Assembly (NCBI GenBank): GCA_964371245.1
Contig: CAYJKP010000002.1
Location: 257,469 to 321,468 of the forward strand
Length of the DNA stretch: 64,000 nucleotides
From: an uncultured Gammaproteobacteria bacterium
GTDB taxonomy: Bacteria > Patescibacteriota > Patescibacteriia > JAHIZJ01
Direction of reading: 5' to 3'
Of this stretch, positions 29,246 through 39,163 are shown one piece after another. Positions within the stretch are counted from its first letter, which is position 1. Each line of letters starts with the position of its first letter. The position numbers and the translations under genes are program-made. The notes beneath the pieces were generated by a model that ran no database searches, was not told the origin of the DNA, and saw only the letters and a program-made list of their open reading frames with translations.

Positions 29246-29862
29246 GGGTGGTCGTTGGTATTCACGATGAGATAGCGGAAGAAGGCGAGTCGTGACTTGC
29301 GGATTTTCTCCGGAGGAGTGTTCCGGACGCGGTCGAGTACGCGGAGAACGTGCGCCTCGGAGTATCGTTTCAGGATCGCCGGGAGTTCCTCGTCCGCGCC
29401 TGCACCTAGAATCTCGCGGGCGAGCTTGAGCAGCGCCCCTTCCCCCGCGCCCCCTTCCCCGATAGCTATTGCCGTATTGTCTGAAGACTTCTTATTGCTG
29501 CTATTGCTATAGCTACCTTCTAAGTGTTGCCCGGAAATAGCAGGGCGATTGCTCGGAAGGTCTGCTCCCCTTGGCACTTCGCCAGACCATGACCGCAGCC
29601 GCGCGACAAGGTAGGGAAAAGGTGACTGCACGCGAACGAGTTTCGCTTCGATAAGCCGGGAGAGCCATGCGGCGATTTCTGATTCGGACACGCCGAGCTC
29701 ATCGACAAGCCGCTCCTGCGTGCGGATTACGGTTCCGCCGTAACTCGCGTGACGCATGAGCGCTACATAAAGCCAGAGCGCGCGACCGATCGACTGGACG
29801 CCGTTTGGAACGGCGATCACAGCATCGAGAGCGCAAGTGGGAATCGGGCGGAGAGTGGTCAT
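29242..29862 (-). CDS. winged-helix DNA-binding protein, paralog 2
   Basis: Same architecture; C-terminal IRKSRLAFFRYLIVNTNDH. Confidence 0.4.
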   Translation of the reverse strand: MTTLRPIPTCALDAVIAVPNGVQSIGRALWLYVALMRHASYGGTVIRTQERLVDELGVSESEIAAWLSRLIEAKLVRVQSPFPYLVARLRSWSGEVPRGADLPSNRPAISGQHLEGSYSNSSNKKSSDNTAIAIGEGGAGEGALLKLAREILGAGADEELPAILKRYSEAHVLRVLDRVRNTPPEKIRKSRLAFFRYLIVNTNDHP

Positions 29863-30137
29863 CCGTCTCGGGGATTAGCATCTCGATCATCGCGCGGTCG
29901 GAAATAGAGGTTGCCGTAGAGCGACTCGGTGAGCGTGCCGAGGCCCCGTGCCAGACGGAAGACGTTCGGAAGGTTCGGCAATCGCCGGCCCCGCTCCCAA
30001 GATGAAATGATGCAGCGGCCCTTGCCGACAAGCTGCCCGAGTCCTTTCTGGGTGAGACCGGCCTTCAGCCGATACTCGCGTATTCGATTGGGGAATTTGG
30101 CGCGGGAATGGGTCCGGCGCAGAGTGTATTCGACCAT
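29859..30137 (-). CDS. XRE-family HTH transcriptional regulator (cI-like repressor candidate)
   Basis: Start trimmed to MVEYT; REYRLKAGLTQKGLGQLVGKGRCIISSWERGRRLP HTH; paralogous to 8046..8333; divergent from the integrase operon. Confidence 0.65.
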   Translation of the reverse strand: MVEYTLRRTHSRAKFPNRIREYRLKAGLTQKGLGQLVGKGRCIISSWERGRRLPNLPNVFRLARGLGTLTESLYGNLYFRPRDDRDANPRDG

Positions 30138-30295
30138 GTACTCAAGATACCGACCCGAACGAAAACCGAACAGAGGGGGAAAGGTGCATAACCCATCACA
30201 TCCTGTGGATACCGGAGAAAACGCCCATAAAACGCGCTGGATTTGGCACCTCTCCCCTCCTACGGAAACGGATCCAGGTATGGGATTGTAAGAAC

Positions 30296-30541
30296 ATGGA
30301 AGTCGCAGATTATGAACGCGAAGACGACCTGAATCGCGAACCGATCCAGGCTCGGCATCCGACCGGCGACGCCGCCGGTCTATGTCCGCTATCTCCCGAG
30401 GAAGTGAGCGCATTCCGGGAGATCATGCGGGAGGAGACGGGTGTGGATATGTCCGAAACCGAGGCTTGGAACCGGGCGATCGAACTCATTGCGCTTTTCC
30501 GAATGCTGATCGGCCCGATGCCTGAAGACCCCGAAGGTTAG
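30296..30541 (+). CDS. small acidic hypothetical protein (cro/excisionase/anti-restriction position)
   Basis: 81 aa, D/E-rich; divergent from the XRE repressor; immediately upstream of the serine integrase. Confidence 0.35.
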   Translation: MEVADYEREDDLNREPIQARHPTGDAAGLCPLSPEEVSAFREIMREETGVDMSETEAWNRAIELIALFRMLIGPMPEDPEG

Positions 30542-30624
30542 CGGCGTTTTGGCGTTCGAACGTCGTCCCCACTTGCGCGTTTCCGAACTTAAAGAGAGAA
30601 TTGCGTTTAGCCAACCATACACCC

Positions 30625-32187
30625 ATGCCTTCCTACGTCATCTATGCCAGAAAATCCACGGAGTCCGAAGACCGCCAGGTGCTTTCTATCGACTCCCAGA
30701 TCCGGGAGCTGCAATCGCAAACTGCTCGGCGCGGTCTTCGTGTTGCCGAAGTTCTGACGGAGTCGCATTCCGCGAAGGCCCCCGGGCGTCCGGTATTTGG
30801 GGCACTCATGCGGCGCGTCCGGCGCGGCGAGATTCGTGGGATCGTCTGCTGGAAGATGGATCGGCTGGCGCGCAATCACCTCGATACCGGGTCGATTCTC
30901 CAGGCACTTGCCGACGGCCAGTTACAGGAGGTCATCACTTCCGATCGCACCTATACCCGAGACGGCAATGACCGGTTCATGGGTTCCTTCGAGTTCGGCA
31001 TGGCGACGAAATTCATCGATGACCTGCGAGCGAACGTCCGGCGGGGCAACCGGGCGCGGTTTCGACGTGGATGGCCAAACTATGTGCCGCCACTCGGTTA
31101 TCTAAATGACAAGGCCACCAAGACGATCATCAAGGATCCGAAACGCTTCGACCTCGTCCGAAGAATGTGGGAGCTACTTCTGACCGGTGCCTACCGCCCG
31201 GATCAGATCTTGGGAATCGCCAACGAGAAGTGGGGATTCCGGACGCGCAAGTTCAAGCGCTACGGCGATTGTCCCCTTCCGCGAAAGATACTCTATCGCA
31301 TATTTGGAAATCCGTTTTACATGGGGCTCATCCGCCTGCGGTCCGGCGAGACGTTCGCTGGTGCCTTTCCTCCGATGGTTAGCCGCCAGGAGTTCGACCG
31401 CGCTCAGGAAATCCTTGGCCGTGCTGGGCGGCCCCGTCCCAAGCGCCATGAGTTTCCCTACACCGGGATCATCCGATGCGGCGGCTGTGGCGGCGCGATC
31501 ACAGGTGAAGAACACTACAAGAGTTCCGGCAGACGCTACGCCTACTACCACTGCTCACGCCGACGGGTCGGAACCGACTGCCACGAACCCTCGGTCTCCG
31601 AGCGGGACCTTGAAGCCCAGATCCTCCACGTCTTGGAACGGCTCACAATTCCGGAACGCGTCATCACTTGGATCCTGAAGCAAGTCACGCAATCCTTCCA
31701 ACTCGAAGACGATCGTCGGCAGGAAGCCCAGCGATCTCTCGCGGACTCCCTTGCCTCCGTTCAGCGGGAGCAGGAGAACCTCGTCACAATGCGCCTTCGG
31801 GACATGGTCACCGACGACATCTATACGGCCCGGAAGCACGAGATCGACGAGCGCAGGGCGCGATTGGAGGCCCAAATCGCCGCGCCTCTCCGCTCGCCGG
31901 AGGAGATTCTTCAGTATACGAACACGACCTTCGCATTCGCTTCGAAGGCGGTTGATGTATTCCGCTCAGGAACGGGAGTTCAGCGGCGGATGATCTTGGA
32001 AGCCGTAGGTTTGAACTCGGAGCTGCGAGCCAGAAAACTGCTAATGCAACTGAAGAATCCGTTCCAGATGATCGCTGATGCAGGCTCTAGTAGCGACTGG
32101 TGCCCAGGGCGGGACTTGAACCCGCACCCGCTTTCGCGGCTAGGCCCTCAACCTAGTGTGTATGCCAATTCCACCACCTGGGCGTAG
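30625..32187 (+). CDS. large serine recombinase (integrase); computed ORF reads through the 3' end of tRNA-Leu
   Basis: YVIYARKSTESEDRQ catalytic Ser motif; recombinase domain; CGGCGGAI...YYHCSRRR zinc ribbon; coiled-coil C-terminus; last ~30 codons overlap the tRNA. Confidence 0.8.
   Translation: MPSYVIYARKSTESEDRQVLSIDSQIRELQSQTARRGLRVAEVLTESHSAKAPGRPVFGALMRRVRRGEIRGIVCWKMDRLARNHLDTGSILQALADGQLQEVITSDRTYTRDGNDRFMGSFEFGMATKFIDDLRANVRRGNRARFRRGWPNYVPPLGYLNDKATKTIIKDPKRFDLVRRMWELLLTGAYRPDQILGIANEKWGFRTRKFKRYGDCPLPRKILYRIFGNPFYMGLIRLRSGETFAGAFPPMVSRQEFDRAQEILGRAGRPRPKRHEFPYTGIIRCGGCGGAITGEEHYKSSGRRYAYYHCSRRRVGTDCHEPSVSERDLEAQILHVLERLTIPERVITWILKQVTQSFQLEDDRRQEAQRSLADSLASVQREQENLVTMRLRDMVTDDIYTARKHEIDERRARLEAQIAAPLRSPEEILQYTNTTFAFASKAVDVFRSGTGVQRRMILEAVGLNSELRARKLLMQLKNPFQMIADAGSSSDWCPGRDLNPHPLSRLGPQPSVYANSTTWA
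32098..32183 (-). tRNA. tRNA-Leu(GAG), long variable arm
   Basis: GCCCAGGTGGTGGAATTGGCATA...CTAGGTTGAGGGCCTAG...GGTTCAAGTCC...CCTGGGCACCA. Confidence 0.8.
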
Positions 32188-32199
32188 TTATCAAAGGCC

Positions 32200-32565
32200 T
32201 TACGGCTTGCGTTTTGCCTTTTTCGGCTCCACCACATCTTTCAACGGCCGGGCTTTCTTGTCCCGCAAATAATACAGCTTGGCGCGCCGCACTTTGCCTT
32301 GTTTCACAGCTTCGATCTTGGCGATCTGCGGCGAGTGCAACGGGAATATGCGTTCAACTCCAATGCCTTCGGAAATCTTGCGCACGATCATGGTTGCGTT
32401 TAACCCTGCCCCGCCGTGCCGGGCGATAATTAACCCCTCAAAAACCTGAATCCGTTCCTTGTCCCCCTCTTTCACTTTTTGGTGCACGCGCACGGTCAGG
32501 CCCGGTTTTAAATCCGGCAGATCGGTCTTGCGTTTTTGTTGCTCCTGCTCTTTAATAACGTCCAT
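32200..32565 (-). CDS. rplS: 50S ribosomal protein L19
   Basis: [47 protein letters not shown] conserved L19 core. Confidence 0.85.
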   Translation of the reverse strand: MDVIKEQEQQKRKTDLPDLKPGLTVRVHQKVKEGDKERIQVFEGLIIARHGGAGLNATMIVRKISEGIGVERIFPLHSPQIAKIEAVKQGKVRRAKLYYLRDKKARPLKDVVEPKKAKRKP

Positions 32566-32621
32566 ACAAAAAATAACCAATAATTAGACTAAAATTAATA
32601 TACGCTATCCGGCTGAATCAG

Positions 32622-33554
32622 TCAACCGTCCCTCAGCTCACTCAGCGCGTCTGAAAATGGCTTAGGTAAGGGCAGAGAATACTCTTTTTTTCGGCCCGCC
32701 GGATCGGTAAATAACAGGTAGTCGGCGCACAAAAACAGCCAATCCCAGTGCCGCGTGTTAATAAAACGCTTTATTTGATAGAGCGTGTCGCCGACAAGCG
32801 GATGGCCGATACCATGAAAATGCGCCCGGATCTGATGCGTTCGCCCGGTAAAGGTCGTTACCCGAACAAAGGTGTGATTCGGAAAGCGCTCGAGCACTTC
32901 ATATTCTGTTTTGGCCCATTTTGCTTCATCCGATGGGCGACCGCTTTCCGGCACGCTGACCATTTTGCCATCCTTTGATCGCTGAAGTGGAAAGGTTATT
33001 TCACCGGTCGCCGGCAAGTCAGCGCCGTAGACGAGAGCGGAATATTTTTTCGAGACGGCATGCGTTTGAAACTGTTTTTTGAAATATTCAAACGCTGGCT
33101 GAGTGAGCGCGACAATCATTAAACCAGCCACCTCTTTGTCGAGACGATGAACGATGCCCGGTCGGACCAGATCGTCACCAACTTGGGCGATGCTAGGATA
33201 TTTGGCCAGTAGCCCATTCACCAGCGTACCGCGCTTCGTCCCTTCCGACGGATGGACGACTAAACCAGCAGGTTTATTAATTACCAGGTAGTCCGGCGTG
33301 GCCTCAAGCGTTTGCCAATCAATTGCGGCATCCGGCGTCAACTCGATCTCGGCTGGCGGCTCAAGCGTTCCCGCGATCGTGTCGCCCTCACGCAGACGAT
33401 AATGCGCTGTTACCGTCCGTCCGTTTACGCTAATTCGCCCTTGGGTAATGTGTTTCTGTATAACCGCTCGGCTGAATTCCGGGTACTGCGCGTGCAGAAA
33501 GACATCAAGACGCTGACCGCCTGGTGGCGCGACGATGTGTATTCTTTTTTCCAT
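32622..33554 (-). CDS. rluD: RluA-family 23S rRNA pseudouridine synthase (RluD-like) with N-terminal S4 domain
   Basis: HRLDKEVAGLMIVA catalytic Asp motif, HQIRAH. Confidence 0.8.
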   Translation of the reverse strand: MEKRIHIVAPPGGQRLDVFLHAQYPEFSRAVIQKHITQGRISVNGRTVTAHYRLREGDTIAGTLEPPAEIELTPDAAIDWQTLEATPDYLVINKPAGLVVHPSEGTKRGTLVNGLLAKYPSIAQVGDDLVRPGIVHRLDKEVAGLMIVALTQPAFEYFKKQFQTHAVSKKYSALVYGADLPATGEITFPLQRSKDGKMVSVPESGRPSDEAKWAKTEYEVLERFPNHTFVRVTTFTGRTHQIRAHFHGIGHPLVGDTLYQIKRFINTRHWDWLFLCADYLLFTDPAGRKKEYSLPLPKPFSDALSELRDG

Positions 33555-35007
33555 AGTATCGTTTCAGAAAAGACAAAGCTTGCTTTTTCGACCGAATCAC
33601 TTTTTTTAGCTGGGCTGCCCGCAGGCGGGCGAGGATTTGGCCAACGCGCGGGCCGGGCGTCAGCTGAAGCGCTTTGATAACCTCGTCGCCATTGAGAAGG
33701 CGTACTGGCTGGTGCGTTTTTTTCGTGTAGCCGATCTTTTTTATTTCCTCGATTACCTCAACCAAGTCGTAAAAATTTCCCAGGGACGGCTGATTGTCCA
33801 CTGTTCGGCTAGCAAAGCGATCAGCCCAGATAAGCTGCAATAGTTTCGTTCCGCGATCCGGCGTTAAAAAATATTTTTCGATCGTTGCTGGCCGAAACTG
33901 CGACGGCGGCGTGTGCAAAACCAGTAAATGGTGACGAATCAGCCAGGCGACCCGTTCGCCGTCGACCAGGCCATCATAGCTCGACAAGCGCAAACGCTCG
34001 CAGATGTCCTGCGCCAGCCGACTGCCAACAAGTTCGTGACCATAGAACGAAAGCTTTCCGCCGGGTAAGCGACGGAAAGTGTAAGCCTTGCCAAGATCAT
34101 GGAAAAGCGTCGTCAGAATGAGTTCAAGGTCTGGCCGTATTTTCGGAAACTGACGGCGGAATTGGCTGGAAAACAGGGCTTCAACCGCTAACCGCGTGTG
34201 CGTCCAGACATCGCCCTCGGCTTGATAGTTCGGTCCTTGCGGACAACCTTTGAGGTGGATGATCTCGGGCATGAGGACACGAAAAACTCCGGCCAGGTCG
34301 AATATATCGATCGTGTGAAGCGGATCGGCGGTAAACGCTTTCCCGATTTCTCGGGCAATGGCCTCGCGAGGCAACTTCGTGCTATTTAAAAAGCCGATCA
34401 TCTTTTTAATAGCTCGCCAGGTTTTATTTTCAAATCTGAAGTTCAATTGAATGGCGAACCGGAGACCGCGGAGAATTCGTGAATAATCCTCGCTCAGACG
34501 CTGTTCCGCCTGCCCAACCGCCCGGATTGTTCGGCTGGCGATATCAGAACTTCCGCCCACCGGATCAATTAGCTTTTTGTTTCGAATATCCCAGGCCAGC
34601 GCATTAATCGTATAATCGCGCCGTTTCAAATCGTGCTCAATCGGCAAGCGGTAGTCCGGTTTGACGGCAAACTCGCGATACCCGCCGGAAAAATAGAGCG
34701 AGTGCTCGGTGCGCGGCAAGGCAATGTCAATCGAATCCGACGCAGACGCCCCCTTTGGTTGGAACTTATAAACCCCGAACGTTTTGCCGACAAGATCAAC
34801 CCGGCCGTGCTGTCGTAAAAACTTTTCCAAAATCGCTGGCTGAATTCCGCGAATGACAAAATCGAAATCTTTTGAACCGCGGCCCAGGATGATATCGCGC
34901 ACCATGCCGCCAACTAAATACGCTTCAGACCGACGGTATCTTTTTAGCAGTGCCGACAGAAAAACTAGGTCTTGGTTTTTATCGAGTTGATGTTGTATCT
35001 CGTGCAT
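33505..35007 (-). CDS. cca: CCA-adding tRNA nucleotidyltransferase with HD domain
   Basis: GGMVRDIILGRGSKDFDF polymerase-beta head motif; HD domain downstream; start taken at MHEIQ. Confidence 0.75.
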   Translation of the reverse strand: MHEIQHQLDKNQDLVFLSALLKRYRRSEAYLVGGMVRDIILGRGSKDFDFVIRGIQPAILEKFLRQHGRVDLVGKTFGVYKFQPKGASASDSIDIALPRTEHSLYFSGGYREFAVKPDYRLPIEHDLKRRDYTINALAWDIRNKKLIDPVGGSSDIASRTIRAVGQAEQRLSEDYSRILRGLRFAIQLNFRFENKTWRAIKKMIGFLNSTKLPREAIAREIGKAFTADPLHTIDIFDLAGVFRVLMPEIIHLKGCPQGPNYQAEGDVWTHTRLAVEALFSSQFRRQFPKIRPDLELILTTLFHDLGKAYTFRRLPGGKLSFYGHELVGSRLAQDICERLRLSSYDGLVDGERVAWLIRHHLLVLHTPPSQFRPATIEKYFLTPDRGTKLLQLIWADRFASRTVDNQPSLGNFYDLVEVIEEIKKIGYTKKTHQPVRLLNGDEVIKALQLTPGPRVGQILARLRAAQLKKVIRSKKQALSFLKRYYGKKNTHRRATRRSAS

Positions 35008-35128
35008 ATAATCATTGTAACACACCTACCCACGAAACGCATTACCAGCTTTTTACTTACCTGGCAAATACGGTATACTATCAGTGGATTGGGTACTGGC
35101 TTTCTCTTAACGGATGAGGAGGGTAGCC

Positions 35129-35395
35129 ATGCCAAGTATTTCCAACCCTGGACTTCCGGCACAAGCCGAGGAACCGAAATTGCCGGAAAAACCGCCGACA
35201 TTGCCCCGGAGGATTTACATCGGTCCGACATCTGACAACTGGGTGGCAATTGTACGGTCACAGGGAGTTGATCCTTCGAAAGGCGAGGTCGCGAATGAGG
35301 CCGGTGGGTATTACTGGGAACTGCGTCCCGAGGAAATCACCGATCCCGATGAACGGGCGCAGGCAGAACGCGATCGCTCCGCGTGGAGCGGCTGA
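35129..35395 (+). CDS. small hypothetical protein
   Basis: RBS GAGGAGGG before the ATG at 35129; followed by a terminator. Confidence 0.35.
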   Translation: MPSISNPGLPAQAEEPKLPEKPPTLPRRIYIGPTSDNWVAIVRSQGVDPSKGEVANEAGGYYWELRPEEITDPDERAQAERDRSAWSG

Positions 35396-35428
35396 CTAGG
35401 ACGCCACGGCTCGCACCTTTGTTTCGTG

Positions 35429-35456
35429 TCCCGTTTCGAAAAACGGGATTTTTCTT
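35429..35456 (+). terminator. rho-independent terminator
   Basis: gtcccgtttcgaaaaacgggatttttc. Confidence 0.65.
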
Positions 35457-35642
35457 TATAACAAAAACGCTCGCTACCGGTGTGTAGCGGGTTTCGTTAT
35501 TCTCCGCCGTTCGTTTTACCACTGATCCGATGACGTCGGATGGGCCGGTCAATTGTTTCCCGTATCTACTGATGGGTTCGAGAGGAGTTGAATCCCCAAC
35601 CCAGTCGAGGACAGGCCCTCTGGCCTCCATCCCCCACTTTCC

Positions 35643-35721
35643 TGGTGCGCGTACCTGGACTCGAACCAGGGACCTTCACAATGTCAATGTGACGCTCTAA
35701 CCAGCTGAGCTATACGCGCGC
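35643..35721 (-). tRNA. tRNA-Val(GAC)
   Basis: GCGCGCGTATAGCTCAGCTGGTTAGAGCGTCACATTGACATTGTGAAGGTCCCTGGTTCGAGTCCAGGTACGCGCACCA. Confidence 0.85.
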
Positions 35722-35735
35722 ACCAGGAAGACGGG

Positions 35736-35773
35736 GGATCAATGTGACGCCCTAACCAACTGAGCTACGAACC
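35736..35773 (-). pseudogene. 5'-half tRNA fragment (acceptor + D-arm + anticodon stem/loop with GAT anticodon), no matching 3' half
   Basis: GGGTTCGTAGCTCAGTTGGTTAGGGCGTCACATTGATCC immediately upstream of tRNA-Val(GAC) and homologous to its 5' half. Confidence 0.5.
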
Positions 35774-35894
35774 CATCTGGACCAAAAGGCGCAGGATCAA
35801 TGGCAACGCTCGAATATACTTAATTATGAAATAGCATATCGACAGCTTCCGTATTCTTATCTGTGGTAGGTGCGGATGCCCCGGATCTGAGTCC

Positions 35895-35925
35895 GGGGGA
35901 CCCCTGCCTTATAGCGACGCTTCTC
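35895..35925 (-). pseudogene. 3' tRNA-like fragment related to the adjacent UAU tRNA
   Basis: CTATAAGGCAGGGGTC shared with the tRNA at 35986..36061, followed by a noncanonical T-arm-like hairpin. Confidence 0.35.
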
Positions 35926-35985
35926 ATATTTTGTTAAATATTTGTAGCGTCGATATATCGATGACCTTCCTCTTTTATTTTCTCA

Positions 35986-36061
35986 TGGTGGGCATGGATG
36001 GATTTGAACCATCGACCCCTGCCTTATAAGGGCAGTGCTCTAACCACTGAGCTACATGCCC
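35986..36061 (-). tRNA. tRNA with anticodon TAT (Ile, AUA-reading)
   Basis: GGGCATGTAGCTCAGTGGTTAGAGCACTGCCCTTATAAGGCAGGGGTCGATGGTTCAAATCCATCCATGCCCACCA; clean cloverleaf, loop cTTATaa. Confidence 0.7.
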
Positions 36062-36144
36062 AGAAAAACGCACCGCGTTTCATACCGTACTTTTCGAAAA
36101 ACCAAAAACATAATCGTCTTGAGTAGACGCGCTATGCAAACACG

Positions 36145-37137
36145 CTACATCTTGGCCGCGTTCTTCGATCTTGTCAAGCCGCGAAATATACGAGTGAAAA
36201 ACCCGACCTGTTTACCCTGATCAAGTCGCAAGAAAAGAAGCACCCAGGCGCTTAGCTGGAAGCTTGAAATGCCGGAACCGACGACAATTAATATCATGAA
36301 TGAAATCGCCGTTAAGAGATAGATTAGCAGCACGCCCAGGCTCGGCAGCGCTCCTTGATTGAGGATCATCGTAAGCAGCAGGAATGGAACGGCAATAAGA
36401 ATAACCACAAACAGTAAAATCAGGCTGACGATAAAATTTATTAAGAATATAATGATTGCCATTTCTAGGCTCGTCACCCAATGCTTGGTAAAAAGCCTCC
36501 AACCCGAACGAATTGCCGTTGAGGCGTTTTGGTTGCGCGCCACGACATAGCAGGCGGCATACTTGGCGACGAACGAGAGAATTAAACTGACAAAAACTGA
36601 AATGATCACCAGGATCAGCGCGACGGTAGTTTTCAATGCGCCCAGTACCGCCAGCGAGGCAATTAAGCCAAACCCGATTAAGACAACATAATCAAAAACC
36701 TTGGCTAGCAGATAGATAAAGAAGTTAGGCCTGAAATTTTTCTGACCAACATGCATGCTCTCGTAAAAAAGATATGGTTTGTTGTTTTCAATCTGCATCG
36801 TCCCGTGGATTAGGCCGCCGGCCGACACCACTGTCAACCAAACAATAAACGCCCCGACCACCAGGACCATGAGAATAAAAAGGGCGGTACCGGCAGTTGT
36901 CTGCGTGATGGTGTCCCAGAGCGTGGCATACCCGCCGCCAAAACCGTTTTGAAACAGCGCGCGCCAGCTCTCGAGCGTCAAGGTCTTGTCTTGATACGTG
37001 TAAATATTGCGCAAGACGATCTCAATTTCCTGGCCAATAAACAACACAAAGAGGCCAAAAAACCAGAGCGACTTGTGATGCCAGATAGTTTGCCAGGCTT
37101 TTTTGAGAATTTCACTGTACAGTGAGTTCATAGACAC
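36145..37137 (-). CDS. polytopic integral membrane protein, function unknown
   Basis: 330 aa, at least 7 hydrophobic helices. Confidence 0.45.
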   Translation of the reverse strand: MSMNSLYSEILKKAWQTIWHHKSLWFFGLFVLFIGQEIEIVLRNIYTYQDKTLTLESWRALFQNGFGGGYATLWDTITQTTAGTALFILMVLVVGAFIVWLTVVSAGGLIHGTMQIENNKPYLFYESMHVGQKNFRPNFFIYLLAKVFDYVVLIGFGLIASLAVLGALKTTVALILVIISVFVSLILSFVAKYAACYVVARNQNASTAIRSGWRLFTKHWVTSLEMAIIIFLINFIVSLILLFVVILIAVPFLLLTMILNQGALPSLGVLLIYLLTAISFMILIVVGSGISSFQLSAWVLLFLRLDQGKQVGFFTRIFRGLTRSKNAAKM

Positions 37138-37184
37138 CTCCGTTATATTTCCTGATCGCTACCCGGGCGTGTCAGGAAAGGTAA

Positions 37185-39014
37185 TTATGTTGTGGCTGGC
37201 TGGGGTTGAAATAGCGCCTGGAATTCGTCTTGTTCCAGCGTTTCTTTCGTGATCAGCAGGTCAGCAATCTCTTTTAATTTCGGCTTCATCGTTACCAACA
37301 TTTTTTTCGCTTTCACGTAGCACTGTTTAATAATCTTTAAGACTTCCTGATCGATCAATGACGCCGTCGCGTCGCTATAATCACGCTGTTCGTGGATCTC
37401 GCGACCAAGAAAGATCATTTCCTCGTGCTCCCCGTATGTCCGTGGGCCGAGGGCATCGCTCATGCCATACTGCGTCACGAGCCTCCGCGCCAGGCGCGTC
37501 GCCTCTTTCAAATCATTGCTCGCACCGGTCGTGACCTCTTTATACGTGAGCTGCTCGGACGCGTGCCCCGCGAGTAGCACGGTGATTTCATCAACAAAAT
37601 AGGTCCGACTATGCATATGCCGGTCTTCGCTGGGTAATTTCAAGGTATAGCCGGCGGCAGCGCCGCGGGCGATAATCGAGACCTTGCGTACCGGGTCGGC
37701 GTTCGGCAGTAGGTGGGCAATGAGCGCGTGACCAGCTTCATGGTAGGCGGCAATCTTTTTTTCCTGTTCATTAAGGATGTGGCTTTTTCGTTCCGGACCG
37801 AGCATTACCTTATCAATGCTTTCCAGACACTCTTTCATGCCAACCTTCTTCAGATTTCGACGCGCCGTAAGAATAGCCGCTTCATTGAGCAGGTTCGCGA
37901 GATCAGCCCCGGAAAATCCCGGTGTGCGCACAGCTAAGGTGCGCAAGTCAACATCGCTGGCCAACGGTTTGCCGACGGCATGCACCTTGAAGATCGCTTC
38001 ACGATCATTCACGTCTGGCAAATCGAGTACCACCCGGCGATCAAACCGACCCGGCCGGAGCAGCGCCGGATCGAGAACGTCCGGCCGATTGGTGGCGGCG
38101 ATGACAATAACATTCGTATCAGTATCAAAGCCGTCCATTTCAACAAGAATTTGGTTGAGGGTCTGTTCGCGTTCGTCGTGCGAACCGCCCAAGCCCGAAC
38201 CGCGCTGGCGGCCGACAGCGTCGATCTCATCGATGAAAACGATGCAGGGCGCAGATTGCTTCGCCCGGCGGAAAAGATCCCGCACGCGCGAGGCGCCGAC
38301 GCCGACAAACATTTCGACGAATTCCGAGCCCGAAATATGAAAGAATGGCGCATTCGCTTCACCGGCCACCGCCCGGGCTAACAGTGTTTTTCCGGTACCG
38401 GGCGGACCGACTAAGAGAACGCCTTTTGGAATTTTTGCTCCGAGCGAAAGAAAGCGGCGCGGAGACTGCAAAAATTCAACCACTTCCAATAGCTCTTCTT
38501 TAGCTTCTTTCACGCCAGCCACTTCTTTGAACGTAATTTTGTCGCGCGCCTGGGGCTGGTTTTCCCGGGCCCGGCTTTGGCCAAACATGAGCGCGCGATT
38601 GTTCTGTCCCTGGACCTGGCGCATCATAAACCAGATAAAACCACCAATGACTAAAAACGGCAGCAAAACATACAACACAATGTTTAACCAAAACGAGCTG
38701 CTGGAGCTGTTGGTGATATCAACATTCAAGGCGCGTATTTTTTCGGGTGTGACACCATAATTATTTAGCAGATCACCCAATGACTGCCCGGTTTCCTTAT
38801 ACGCCACCGCTTTCGTGTTGTCGTTTAAGACGATATTCAGTTTATTGTTATCAACAACAACCTGCTTTACTTGTCCCTTGTCGACTTGATCCACAAACTG
38901 ATTGATTGTCTCCGTGTTGACCTTCTGCGTCGAAGACTGGTACAGACTAAAGACGCCTCCGACCACGAGAAACAGTATGATGAAGAAGAGAAAATTTTTG
39001 AATGCTTTGCCCAT
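37185..39014 (-). CDS. ftsH: ATP-dependent zinc metalloprotease FtsH
   Basis: AAA Walker [17 protein letters not shown] zinc motif. Confidence 0.95.
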   Translation of the reverse strand: MGKAFKNFLFFIILFLVVGGVFSLYQSSTQKVNTETINQFVDQVDKGQVKQVVVDNNKLNIVLNDNTKAVAYKETGQSLGDLLNNYGVTPEKIRALNVDITNSSSSSFWLNIVLYVLLPFLVIGGFIWFMMRQVQGQNNRALMFGQSRARENQPQARDKITFKEVAGVKEAKEELLEVVEFLQSPRRFLSLGAKIPKGVLLVGPPGTGKTLLARAVAGEANAPFFHISGSEFVEMFVGVGASRVRDLFRRAKQSAPCIVFIDEIDAVGRQRGSGLGGSHDEREQTLNQILVEMDGFDTDTNVIVIAATNRPDVLDPALLRPGRFDRRVVLDLPDVNDREAIFKVHAVGKPLASDVDLRTLAVRTPGFSGADLANLLNEAAILTARRNLKKVGMKECLESIDKVMLGPERKSHILNEQEKKIAAYHEAGHALIAHLLPNADPVRKVSIIARGAAAGYTLKLPSEDRHMHSRTYFVDEITVLLAGHASEQLTYKEVTTGASNDLKEATRLARRLVTQYGMSDALGPRTYGEHEEMIFLGREIHEQRDYSDATASLIDQEVLKIIKQCYVKAKKMLVTMKPKLKEIADLLITKETLEQDEFQALFQPQPATT

Positions 39015-39163
39015 ATAGTGAAGTAAGGTTAGATTGCTAACGCGTGTATTATACAGAATTTAGCGGGTTTTGACAAACGGTCTGTCCGCCCTCTTTGTGG
39101 ACGCAGACAGAGCACAACAGGAAAAGAGTCCTCCGCCACAATTTCGTTGCATTATTGCGTCGG

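Noticed and set aside
30601-32187. C-terminal ~30 residues of the serine integrase
   Set aside because: Encoded by the tRNA-Leu sequence itself. Likely a read-through artifact or att-overlap rather than a functional domain.
35560-35640. 3' half of a split or intron-containing tRNA pairing with the 5' fragment at 35736..35773
   Set aside because: The acceptor complement (CGAACCC) is perfect, but no acceptable T-stem/loop or anticodon-stem partner could be drawn. Kept only as a fragment observation.
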